From Prorocentrum cordatum (Eukaryota): a DNA stretch of 64,000 nucleotides. Below, piece after piece: positions 50,781 through 61,749 of the stretch; the stretch's first letter is position 1, and every line of letters starts with the position of its first letter. The stretch spans positions 186,001 through 250,000 of the forward strand of contig CAUYUJ010000159.1 in assembly GCA_963575745.1 (NCBI GenBank). Direction: 5' to 3'. Under the pieces are notes generated by a model that had not been told where the DNA came from, searched no databases, and saw only the letters and a list, made by a program, of their open reading frames with translations. The position numbers and the translations under genes were made by a program.

Positions 50781-53700
50781 CCTTGTGCCCGCCGAGCGCC
50801 GTCGTGCGCGCTCGCGCGGTCAGCAGTTGAGCCTCCTCTTTTGCAACGTCACGTCGTGGTCGTCGCTCACCAAGGGGTTCGCTGCTACTCAGGTCTCTAA
50901 GGTTGATGCGTTTCTGATTGCTGAGCACCACGTTCGTCGAGCTAATGTTCAGCAAGCTAAGAAAGAAGCCCGTGCAATGGGATGGTCCCCGTTCTTCCAG
51001 CCTGCGGTTAATTCCCCTGGAGGAGGCACGCACGCAGGCGTTGCATTGCTGACCCAGAAGGGCCTGGCTTTCCAGAGGTTCCTGACCCAGGTCCCCGAGG
51101 TCATCCAGGTTGGCTCTGGCGTGTATTGGCTGTTTCTGGAGTTGAAGCTCAATGGCTTCTCCATGGGCATCGGTGTCTGTTACCTCGTTGCTTCGATCGG
51201 GATGGTTGGCGAAAATCTCGATAGGATGCGTGAAATATGTCAGTTTACCAGGTCCCTGTCTATTCCTTGGTTGCTCTTGGGCGATTTCAACAATTCCCCA
51301 GACCAGGTTGCTAGTTCTGGATGGTTCGAGTTGACTCGCTCTGTGCCAATTGTTCCTGATAATGTGGACTTTACTTGCAATGCCGGCGAGACGATGATTG
51401 ATTACCTTGTCTGCTCCCAGGACCTGGCCCAGGCAGTGAATGTGCAGGCTCTCTTGGACGCCCCGTTTAAGACTCACGCTTGCCTGTCTGCTACTGTGGA
51501 TGCTGAGGTTCTCCGTCTGGTCGTTGGGCGACGTTGTAAGTGTGCCTCCTTCCCACCAGCTTTTGGGCCTGATCACGTGTGGCTGCATTATGTGAACCAG
51601 GCCTTGCAGGATGACCTCGACCACCATATCCCTGTTGATGTTTCCTCGGCTCTCTTGGAACACACGCGTGAGCATCTCTCTGGGGACTTATCTCAAGCTT
51701 ACGCCTTGTGGTCAAGATCCGCCGAGTACGTGTATCTGTCTCGGGCTTGTGCTGCTGTCGACCCTGATCGTGTCTTGGGAAGGGGCCTGGGACTTCAGAG
51801 GTTTTCTGGATCGTTGAGGAGACATGGGAGGTACAAACAGAGCTTCTCTTGCCAGTACCTGTGCTTCTGGTCCCTGGTCCATACCCGTCTCTATGACTAT
51901 TGGAAGTGTCTCTGCAAGGCTGGCTCTTGGTGCCGGCATGCTGTTCAGCTTTGGTATCTTCTTGCCGGCTTGGCTGGCCAGCCGCTGCAGCACCTCGAGC
52001 CTTTGCATTCGGTCCATCAGGCGCATTGATGGGTCCAGGTGCTGGCCTACCCACCGACGACGCCTGACGACGTCAAGTGTTTGCTCGACAAGTCTGCCGA
52101 GGTATGTCAGGTTGCCTGGACTAAGGTTCGGGCTGCTAACGAGTCTGGGATTCGGGAATGGTTGAAAGCTTGTCTTCCTGGTGGGACCCCTAAGCTTCAT
52201 AGATGGCTTAAGGCTGATGATCGCGTTGTGGTCGAATATTTCAAAGGTTTTGAAGGGGTTGCGCAAACGCATGGTGATATGATGCACAATCGTGAAAAAT
52301 TTTGGGGCGAGTGGTGGACCCCCCCAAACAGACCCTCGACCTCCTCAACGCGTCCTTGACGGAGCTCCGTGCTTCTGCACAACTGGCGGTAATGGAATTT
52401 GAGGAAATGCAGGTTCGTGACCTCGTCCAGGCATGCCATTGTTTTTCGAGCTCCACGGCCCTGGGCGTGGATCAATGGTCCCCTCGCGAGTGGCTGTCTT
52501 TGCCGGGCCATGCTCTTGACGGGGTCGTGCAGATCTTTAACCGCGTGGAGAACGAGCTCATGTTCCCCACCCAGTGTCTCTTGAATCTGATGGCGATGCT
52601 CCCCAAGAGTGTGAAGGACGAGCGTGCTGTGTCCAAGTGCGCTACTCTATATCGCGTGTACTGTCGCATGCGCGGTGGTATGATTGATGAGTGGAACAAG
52701 GCACATACAGATTTTTTGGGATTGTGCAATTAAAGGTTCTTCTGCCCTCCAGAGCGCCCTACTGCGCGCTGTCTCCGATGAAGTTGCTGCCTCGCTTGGC
52801 TTTGAGTCCCTGGCCGCGCATTGGGACATTGAGAAGTTTTTTGATAGTGTCGTTGTCCCGATGCTGGTACAACTTGCGCTGAAGGCTGAATACCCATCCT
52901 GCCTGTTGTACCTCGGCCTCATTGTGCACACGTGCCCCCGCGTGCTCGAAGTCGAGGGCACCTTGTCGCAGGTGATTTCTACTGGCAGTTCTATTCTGGC
53001 AGGTTGCACGCAGTCTATGCCCTGGGTGAAGGCGTTGTTGCATGATGTGCTTGAGCGTGCGCATTATCGAGTTCCACATGTTCCTGTTAAGTCGTACGTT
53101 GACGATATCACGCAGTACGCGCACGGCACGGTTACGCACCTAGTGAAGGTCGCTCCTCAGGCTGTGTTCTCCTTCTTCCAGGACGTCAAGTCCATTGGTT
53201 GCAAGGTCTCGTCCAAGAGCGCTGTGGTTGTTTCCTCTGCTGCTTTGGCTAAGGCTGCCCTTTCAGAGTTCCGGAAGCTGGGGATCCCCCTGAAGGTTTC
53301 CGAGGCCATGAAGGATTTGGGGGTGATGACTACGGCTGGGAGGAGGAGGTGTACGTTCAAGGTCCGCATGAGACGGCGAGTTGCTTTCATGGGAGGCCGT
53401 AAGTTGCAGTACTTGGCCCGCTTGTGTGGCCGATCTCGAAAGTTGTTCAAACCGGGGGTTTTGAGCGTTGGCACTTGGAGTCATAGTGTTCTCGGTTTGC
53501 CGCCGTCCGAGGTTCAGGCTTTTCGGGCCTCTGCTGCAAAATGCTCTGGCTATTGGTCTTCAGGGGCTTGCACGTCTACCGTTCTGGCTCTCCGTCATCA
53601 GTATAGTGACGACCCTGCGTACAGGCTTAGGCGTGAGCAGCTCCAGGCGCTCCTCAGTGTTTGGCACGGCCTGTCTCAGGGTATGCGTAATGGAGTGTCT

Positions 53701-55434
53701 CGTACCTGGAGCAGGTTGCGGGGCGAGCTGCTCGCCATTCCTGCTAACCGGCGCTGGCGGACCGTCAAAGGCCCTATCGCTGCTGTGATCTGTACCCTCT
53801 TGGACTTAGGGTGGGCCCCAGATTCGCCCACTCGATGGGCTACCCCCACCATGATGCTTGACTCCGCGGCCCCCGACTTCCTCTTCCATCTCGACGCTTG
53901 TGTGAAGCAGACTGTTGCTCATATGACTTGGACGGGGGCTTCAAATCATCATTGTGGTGTGGGGTTGGAAGGTGGAGTTGATTTTACCGTGTTTCGTCGT
54001 ATACATGCGCAGTTGGTCAAGGATGGGGCCCAGCAAGATGCCGCTCTTCTCTGCTGCATTGTTACCAGTGGCTGCTGGCCCGAAGCCAGGCTTCGTCAGG
54101 CTGGCTATCTGTCTAGTGGTATCTGTCAGCGCTGTGGAGTAGCGCAGGAAACGATGATGCACAGGGTATGGCAGTGCAAGTGTAACGATGAGATTGACAC
54201 GAATGCACTTCACGATTCTACCCACCTTTGCAATGTTGCCCTGAGTGCTGCTAGTCATGAGAGTGCTTTCTGGACCCGTGGGTTACCGACTTTGGCTGCC
54301 GCTGTGAATCAGATCCCCCCGCCGACCTCGCAGACGTTCGGATGGGGTGTCCTGGCGCATGGGGTCGTCGTATCTGGAGGCACCTGGGGGCTGGACGGGT
54401 CTGGAGGCAAATGGGCTAAAGACTGGAGGCTTCGCCGATGTGGGTGGGCTATGGTTCGTCTGGATGCCAACAGTGTTCCTGGTAATTATCAGTTTGACGG
54501 GGTGATGTGTGGCACCCTCCCCACCATCGATCAGAGCAGCCCCAGAGCGGAGCTGTACGCATTCCTGATGCTGATCGTCTACACGACGGGCGACATCCTG
54601 GCGTACTCGGATTACCTCCCCTTGGTCCGTGCTCTCAGGCGCCCTCGGTCGTCTATAGCTCAGTCCTCGCCTATGCTCGACCTTTGGTGCCTTATCTGGG
54701 ATCGCCTGGGCAATCGCCCCGGTCATGTTGAGGTGCTCTGGACCAAATCGCATGCCACGGCTTCTTTGAGAGAGGCTTGGGGCCTTTCGGAGGCCGAGCA
54801 TTTTTTGAATTCGTGTGCTGACTATTTTGCTGGAGTGGCTGCTGCCAACGGAGAGGTGGATCCCGAATACGTCAGGCTGATTTCTGATGTGGATTTGCTG
54901 ACTTCCCAAGTTCTGTATAGGTTGCTCGATGTGAACCGGGAAGTCAGCATCACCTGCTCCCGAAATAAGGCCGATCGCGTTGGTCGGCAGCCTTCCCGTC
55001 CTCGGGCAGTGCCTACCGAGGCGACCCGTCGGCTGCGGCTCCTCGCCGCTGGCCATGCCCCTGTCAAGTCTAAAGGCCTGTTTCGGTGTCAGGTGTGCAA
55101 TCGTAAGTTCCTTGCCTTCCGTGGCAGGCTCTGTGACTTCAATCCTGGGAGGTGCGTTGGACCACCCCCAATGCGGGATGGCCCTGCTGCTGCGCCCGGC
55201 CACCCATCCTTCCCCCGAGCCCATTCGTCTCACAAGTTGAGTGTGCTCCGAGGGGTCTTGTATTGCACTGTTTGCGGTCGCTATTGTGTTGACACGGCTC
55301 AGCTCCTGGCGGAGCAATGTCCCCCCACTTTGGAGCCCCCTCGGCCGCCCTCTAAAGCGGGGCTGTCTGTCTTGTCGCGTCTCTCTCGAGGGCTGCCGCC
55401 GAAGAGCGGATCTTCCTTCCCTGCGAGAGGCTGA
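50734..55434 (+). pseudogene. LINE ORF2: AP endonuclease - reverse transcriptase - CCHC zinc finger - RNase H - C-terminal zinc motifs; one in-frame stop and two homopolymer frameshifts
   Basis: EN: FCNVT, IAEHH, LLGDFN, IDY, FKTH. RT: WDIEKFFD, AGC, YVDD (53095-53106), DLG. Zinc finger: CQRC..ETMMHRVWQC. RNase H: LDGSG, RAEL, YSDY, KSH, N..AD. Lesions: TGA at 52027-52029, C7 run 52319-52325, T6 run 52712-52717. Confidence 0.9.
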
Positions 55435-55684
55435 GACGGACCTGTCTGCCCGCCTCCTGACGGAGGACAACATGGGGAGCTGGACCCAAAACGGGCCCGC
55501 CGGCGGGCCCAGAATGGGCCCAGCCCCGCATGGCGCTGTGTGATCGGGTGGTGGCGTAGGTGGTACGGGCCCAATCATAAGGTTGCGCCACCCACCCTGC
55601 TGACAGAGGGTCCATGTCCATCAGGGAAGGCCCACCAGAGCAAGATCAAAAGATTCCTCCTCCTGTTCTTCCTCCTCCTCCTCC

Positions 55685-55715
<31 letters not shown>

Positions 55716-56211
55716 CTCCTCTCCACCTCTTTCCCTTCCCCTTTAACTTATATTAGTGGTAGTGGATAACAGGCCCATCAATGTTGGTGACCTCTTGCCA
55801 ACTGGCACCACTTTGAGGCAAAATTGGGGACCCTATGGTATGGGCCTGCCCCGCGTCGTTGCAGGATTTGGCCTCCGCCCCCCCAGCGCCCCGTTCGGCC
55901 CATGACCCAATCGACTATGACCCTCACGCGCCCGGCAATGGGCCCCTCGTCATCCTCGCCATCCCCCTCTCTTGCCCCACCTCCTCGTTCACATTGCCCT
56001 GTTTCTCGGTCGATCGCCCTCAAATTTATCTCCCTGGCCTTCCTCACCCTGCGCCCCCTCCCCACGAGCCTTCCCGCCCCTGCACTTTTCTATTATATTT
56101 ATACATATATATATATAGCTCTGGCTCGAGTTTCTCGGAGTTCACCAGAGCGTGGATAATATGCCCACTGTCCTGAAAGTCGGGCTTCTATGTCACACAC
56201 TGACAGCCTGC

Positions 56212-59200
56212 ATGCGTCTCATTTCTTGGAATCCGATGTCCTTCAAGATTATGACAAACTCCTGGAGATTTCTAGGGAGCTCGAACACATAGATGCCGTC
56301 CTCCTCTCTGGAACGCAGGCCAAGACCATGTCCTCCTACGAGACGCACTCGACAGCGGAATTTCTCATTGGCATCGCAGTAATAAGAACACGACAGGCAA
56401 CAAATCATGTGGCACCGAGATTTGGCTGAGCAGACGATGGTTTCGGAAGACCCACATAGTCAAGATCTGGCAGCCCCCACCCGCTCTCCGCGGCCGTGTA
56501 GGCGCTACGCGCGTGAAGAGCGCACTGTTCGACTTCACCTCCATCAAAGCAGACTTCCCTCCGAGATCGCAGCGCATCGCTACTGCCTCAAAGAACGAAG
56601 TCATCATCGACAAAATGCTCAGCTATCTGCACGACATCATCGCGAATTTGCCGAACCGTACTTGCGCATTCATCGGCACCGACCTGAACGACAGCCTCGC
56701 GCGCACCAGCTCGACAGAGGACGACGATGCCACCATAGGTGACCCCATGCATACGGACAGCAGCACTATGCGGGCGAAGCTTTCCATACGTTCTTGAAAG
56801 ACTACGCCCTGTGCGCGACGAACACGCACTACCCGTGCGGCCCTACTTATCACGGCCTACGAGGGCACTCGAGCTACATCGATTACCTGGTGATGCCGAT
56901 ACGCTATCTACCGCGAGTACGTCGCCATAACATCGCTTACCGCCTGACCAAACGACTCCGAGCATTTCCGTCTCAACGACTACTGGATCACATGATGCTG
57001 TACATCGATGTGGACTGCACCCTAACATACGACAAACCTCAGACAACGCCGCAGTGGGACTACACACGCATATTCTTGGCCTGGAAAGATGAACGATTCT
57101 CCGAATGGGCGAAGCAGCTACGCGACGACATTGAGTCTGACCTGTCTAACTACCTCAATGAGAACGGCTACCGTGATATGGCAGACTGGGCTGAAAGACG
57201 CACGATGGAGTCGGGATGGCAGCTATTGATATCTAAGATACGCACGCGAGCTCTAGAGTATTTTGAAGCAAAGAAGTCCACGACCGAGCTAGAATACCAG
57301 CAGCTAGCAGAGCAACGACGTCAAGCACTACATGCACGCACACAGGCTCGGCAGAACTTAACAGACGACCTAGAAGACACGCTTGCTCTGCACCGCTGCA
57401 GGGCAGCCTGCAAAAAACTTCGACGCCGACTACGTGACCTCCGAGACGAACAGCACTTTCGCGAACTACAGCAAGCTGATGAGGCAGGACTGGAAGCAGA
57501 AGTCTGGCGAGCTTGTCGACGCCTTGCAGGCAATGGAAAGGGCCCTGACAAACGCTGCTACTTTGATCTGCCCGACGCTCGCCCCTCTGTTCAAACATGG
57601 ACTGAAGATACGGCACTTCCTGGCGCGGAAGGAGGAATGGAAGCGGCACCGATTGATATCGAGCACTTCATCGACACCGCTGCGTCAAACGACGAGCGTT
57701 TCTGCCCTTCTGCACATCAGTGGAGACACGTCCAGTACGACTTCGACGCGATCAAACGCCAGCTACGGATGCATTGCAAACGCCGACAAGCTGCTCCCGA
57801 ATGGTCGCTACCTGCAGAGATCTGGTCTCTCTTGCTCGTCGATAGAAGTGAGGACCGCAAAAAAGACGGCAGCCATGAGTACGACCACGCGGTGATCTCC
57901 CCTGGCCCCCTCCTCGGCGATGCGATTCTTACACAACTTGCTGCGGTTCGTCAACACCAACGGCTCAATGCTTGGTGGAACCTTTCTCAGACCTATCAAG
58001 TAAGCAAGATGAACAATAAACCACGTACTCGAGGCACTCGATTACTACACGGATTATGCACGTTCGGAAAGACATGGGTTGCTTCAAGACAGTCTCTCGC
58101 GTCCACACCATTGCACGATACTGAGCACGGCTACGCGCGTGCACGTTCACGCTCAGCAGCGATCACAGTCGGCTTAGCACTGCAGTGGCGCCTCACCAAG
58201 CAGCAACGAAGCCACGTCACCACGAAGCACGACATGACTAACGCCTTCGCCCCGGTGAACCATTCCCACCTCGACGACGCCGTGGACAAGATATACCTCC
58301 CTGGAGACTGTGCGATCATGAAAGGCAGGCATCGTCGAGCAGCCTGTGTGATTAGCGACGGGATTGACACTCAGGGATACCAGAACACCGTAGGCTGCTT
58401 CATGGGAGATGACGATGCTGCGGTCAAGTCCCGCGCGGCCTTCACGCAGCCCACCACTGAATGGAATGATGCACTTACTACCGATACCAGCACATCGATG
58501 ATTGCGGGGTGCGAGTTCACTGGCACAAACGTCGACCTCAGCGTCCGCAGGTACGCCGACGACCTCACCAAGACCCACATGTGTCACGATGCGCAGATGG
58601 CGGCCTACAAAGTTCAACAATCCGACCAGATCCTGAATGACAAGGTGCGCTCCATCGGACTGCAGCAGAATGCGGCGAAAAAGGCTCTTCTGCCGACGTT
58701 TGTCGGCACTGGCGCTCACAGATACGCACGCGCCCTGCATCATCGCAAGATACCAGTTGACGGCGAAATTCATTCCTCGACCCTGTTCTTAGGCTCCATC
58801 ATGCAGGCTAACGGCCACAACCACGCCGAGGTCAGGGAACGGTGTATCGCTACGGCTCGCGGTTGGCGCAGTATGGGACGTTTCTGGAAGAATTGCCGAT
58901 ATTTGAGACGTCGGAAAATGGTTTTCAGAAGTCAGGTCTTATCGGCCGCTACCTCTGGACTTGAAGCACGTGTACTGACAAAGACACAACTCGATCATAT
59001 AGACGCCTGTGTAGCTCGTTGCGCCCGTGCCCTACTTCAAGGTACCGCATATATCGAGCAGTCCGCCGACGACGACGCCATCTTTGGCACCACCGAAGTT
59101 GTTCGCAATATCTCATCTTATGCGGTCTGGAAAAAATTGAAGATGGTACCGCCCTCCCTGGACATACAGATCGTGCGCATCAAGCGATGGCAACGCGTTG

Positions 59201-60000
59201 CACGAGAACCTGACCATCACGCTCAACTACTAGCCTGTGTTTTTGGCAAACTACTATGCGAGTCCACGACGACGTTGGACTTCCCCGGGGCCCCTGTACA
59301 CACAGCCTCTACATACAACGCTCGTGGCCCCCCAGATGGTAACGGCCCCACACATATGACCAACCCTTGGCGCAAGCAGTTCTTTGATGACATGAAGTTG
59401 CTGAATGTATTTGCAGACGGACGAGCATGCCTAGACGTCATTGGCGACGATCTGCTCGACATTTTTCGACCGACACCTGGTCGAGACGTGTTTATCAAGC
59501 TAACGATTGCACGTGTACGAAAGTGGTGGATTGCACAGCCCGCCCCACCACCCCGCAGTGCTCCAGATGCAACTGTCGCCTGGAGTAGCACCCACACGCG
59601 TGGCCTTCTATGCGAGGATGGAGCGTTATGCCTATTCACGGCCGAAACAAAACAAGCGCTCCGAGTACACCAAACGATGAGTGGGGAGGGGGGCGAGCAC
59701 GGACGAATATGCGAGCATGCGAGATTCACGATTACGAACCAATGCCCTAACTGCCGATCGACCTTCGCGAGCCGGCAGACTGCGATCAATCATCTTGCTG
59801 CTGCTTATCGTTCTGGGAGATGCCAAAAACACCGCTCTGTTTACAACTTCGAGGTGAACGATCCTCCGCAGCTGTTTTGCCCAAGTGACGTATGCGAGCA
59901 CACCTTCGCTACCCTCGGCGAGTTGCAAGCTCACATTGCGACAGAACACCTTCCCGAACCTCGCCCTCGTGTCGCGGATGAGCTCACTGCCCAACGCTGG
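56212..60000 (+). pseudogene. APE-RT-zinc finger polyprotein; endonuclease part frameshifted, RT part open (frame stays open to 61242)
   Basis: EN: MRLISWNP (ATG 56212), LSGTQ, NKSCG, GTDLN, PTY, YIDY, LDH. RT: HGY, HDMTNAF, MGD, YADD (58552-58563), FLG. Zinc fingers: CPNC...H and CPSDVC...H...H. The functional end is approximate. Confidence 0.85.
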
Positions 60001-60778
60001 AGAGCACGCAGGCGCAGCCGCGGCAGATGCGACACAGCCTGCTCACAAGTCCCGACGCCGCCAGCCCACCGGCCGTGGAAACCAACAGAATGGGTCGAAG
60101 TCCAAGATGGTGGACCTGCAGTCACTCGAACTGGAGGAGATGGAACCGAAGGATATTCAGCTCATGTTTCCCATTGTCATGAAGCTACTACTCAACGTTG
60201 CGATGAGGCAGCGCCAGACCGACGCCATACTGATCAAGACGTACCTCGTCTCACCTGGCACGAAAAGCGTCGTGGCGATCAGAGCTCGAGTTCGCGCATG
60301 GGTAAAAAGAGCCGAGGCGATACGAAGTACGACGACGGCAACGCATATCGATGCGGAGATGGCGAAGATCGGCGCGATCAGCACCGCAGCCTTCGCAGGC
60401 CTGCTCGAAGGTCTCCATCAGGAAGGCGCGTCCGTCGGCGGCCTCAACCAACAGAACCTGACAGCGCTGGGCGAGAAGCTGAAGACCATGGACATCAAGC
60501 AGATCGTCGAGCTCGCCCCGCTCGTGAAGGCCAGCAACACGCACGACGCCGCGCAGTGCAAGCTTCAGATCAGCCTCTACCCCAAGAACGACGTCGACCT
60601 CAGCGTGATCCACGAATCTCTCATCCAGACGGGGGCGATCTACAAGCCAGGGCAGGGTCCGATGGTGCACATGGAGAGGATCCTTCACACGAAGCTGACG
60701 CAGTTAATTCCAACGCCTTCAACTGGGATAGACATAGTTGTGCGCTATGGGACAATTGTATTCCGAAGAATACTGTGA
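59978..60778 (+). CDS. Accessory ORF (266 aa) downstream of and overlapping the RT frame, function unknown
   Basis: ATG at 59978 immediately after the last zinc finger. Globular, helical-looking sequence with G/C-ending codons, whereas the RT frame here reads as Arg-rich shadow. Confidence 0.7.
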   Translation: MSSLPNAGEHAGAAAADATQPAHKSRRRQPTGRGNQQNGSKSKMVDLQSLELEEMEPKDIQLMFPIVMKLLLNVAMRQRQTDAILIKTYLVSPGTKSVVAIRARVRAWVKRAEAIRSTTTATHIDAEMAKIGAISTAAFAGLLEGLHQEGASVGGLNQQNLTALGEKLKTMDIKQIVELAPLVKASNTHDAAQCKLQISLYPKNDVDLSVIHESLIQTGAIYKPGQGPMVHMERILHTKLTQLIPTPSTGIDIVVRYGTIVFRRIL

Positions 60779-61242
60779 CGACAGGCAGGGGGAGCCTTTC
60801 GCCTGCGTCTGGGCATGCGCAAACTACTACGCCAACTGTTCAGGGCATGGAGAGCCCACCACACGCATCTACGAATGCGCCTCCTTTGACGCCAGCAGTT
60901 CAGGGCATGGGGTGCCCACCGTCTGCATCACAGAGTGCGCCTACACCATCAGTTGTTCAGGGCCTGGAGAGCCCGCCCATTGCTTCACAGAGTGCGTCTA
61001 CTACAGTTGTGTATGGAGAGCCCACCTCCTGCATCACAGAGTGCGCCGACTTCTACGCCAGCAGTTCAGGGCATGGGAGTCCCACCTCATGCATCGAAGA
61101 GTGCACCCACCGCTACTGCAGTCGTTCAGGGCACGGACTACCCACCTATTGCACCTACGAGTGCGCCCTCAGAAGTGGTTCGGGGCATGGGGAGCCCACA
61201 TCGATCACCTACGAGGGTTGCCCCTTCGAGTACCCGCACTGA
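60747..61242 (+). CDS. Putative third ORF built of seven ~60-bp repeats encoding SGHGEPT.CI.ECA (one frameshift ~61010)
   Basis: ATG 60747 lies just upstream of the previous ORF's stop. The repeats are visible directly, and several differences between units are synonymous in this frame. Confidence 0.5.
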
Positions 61243-61749
61243 GATGTGGACAGCTTCGCTGTTAGCACACGTCCGCGCCCTCGCCCAGGCTGGGATGCAG
61301 AGCCGCTCTGAGGGCCCAGAGCCTAGCCTGCCCAGCGCCCCTGAACCCCCTCCCCCGTCCTCCGAGCCTCCTCTTTCTCCTCCCCCCCCTCAGAGGCCTC
61401 GCAGGACTTCCGTCCCGCCGCCAGCTCGCACTACTTATACATGCAATTCCCGCGGCTCGTCTTTTCCTCCCACTGCTGCCAGACAAATCGCAGGTGTCGA
61501 CTCAAGGACGATGGATGCCAGTCTGAGGCTCGTAGGAACGAGCAGGCGCTATGACCTGCGTTTCGTTTTCTGTCAGTGTGTGACTGCATGGTTTATTTTC
61601 GGGTGTAGCCCGATCCTAGAGGCACTCAGCGTCCGAGACATCCGTACTGCTGCCTCCGAGGGGTCTGATCCGATCCGATACATATATATACACGTGTGAA
61701 TATATATACAAGTATATATATAGAGAGAGACATAGGCTCGATTGGGTGT

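Larger units (their letters stand above)
49232..55653 (+). mobile_element. Full-length APE-type LINE with RNase H, 5' DinoSL and 15-bp TSD
   Basis: Begins CCGTAGCCATTTTGGCTCAAG (49232-49252) and ends caagatcaaaaga. The TSD ttcctcctcctgttc is at 49217-49231 and 55654-55668. Confidence 0.93.
56118..61677 (+). mobile_element. Second APE-type LINE (no RNase H, no 5' ORF1, extra 3' ORFs) inserted in (TA)n
   Basis: Flanked by atacatatatata at 56101-56113 and 61678-61690. 3' tail tctga-tccga-tccga, and an SL-like tctggctcgag at 56120-56130. Confidence 0.8.

Noticed and set aside
60000..61010. C-terminal extension of the 1482-aa RT ORF
   Set aside because: It reads as low-information Arg-rich sequence, and the overlapping frames look like the real coding ones.
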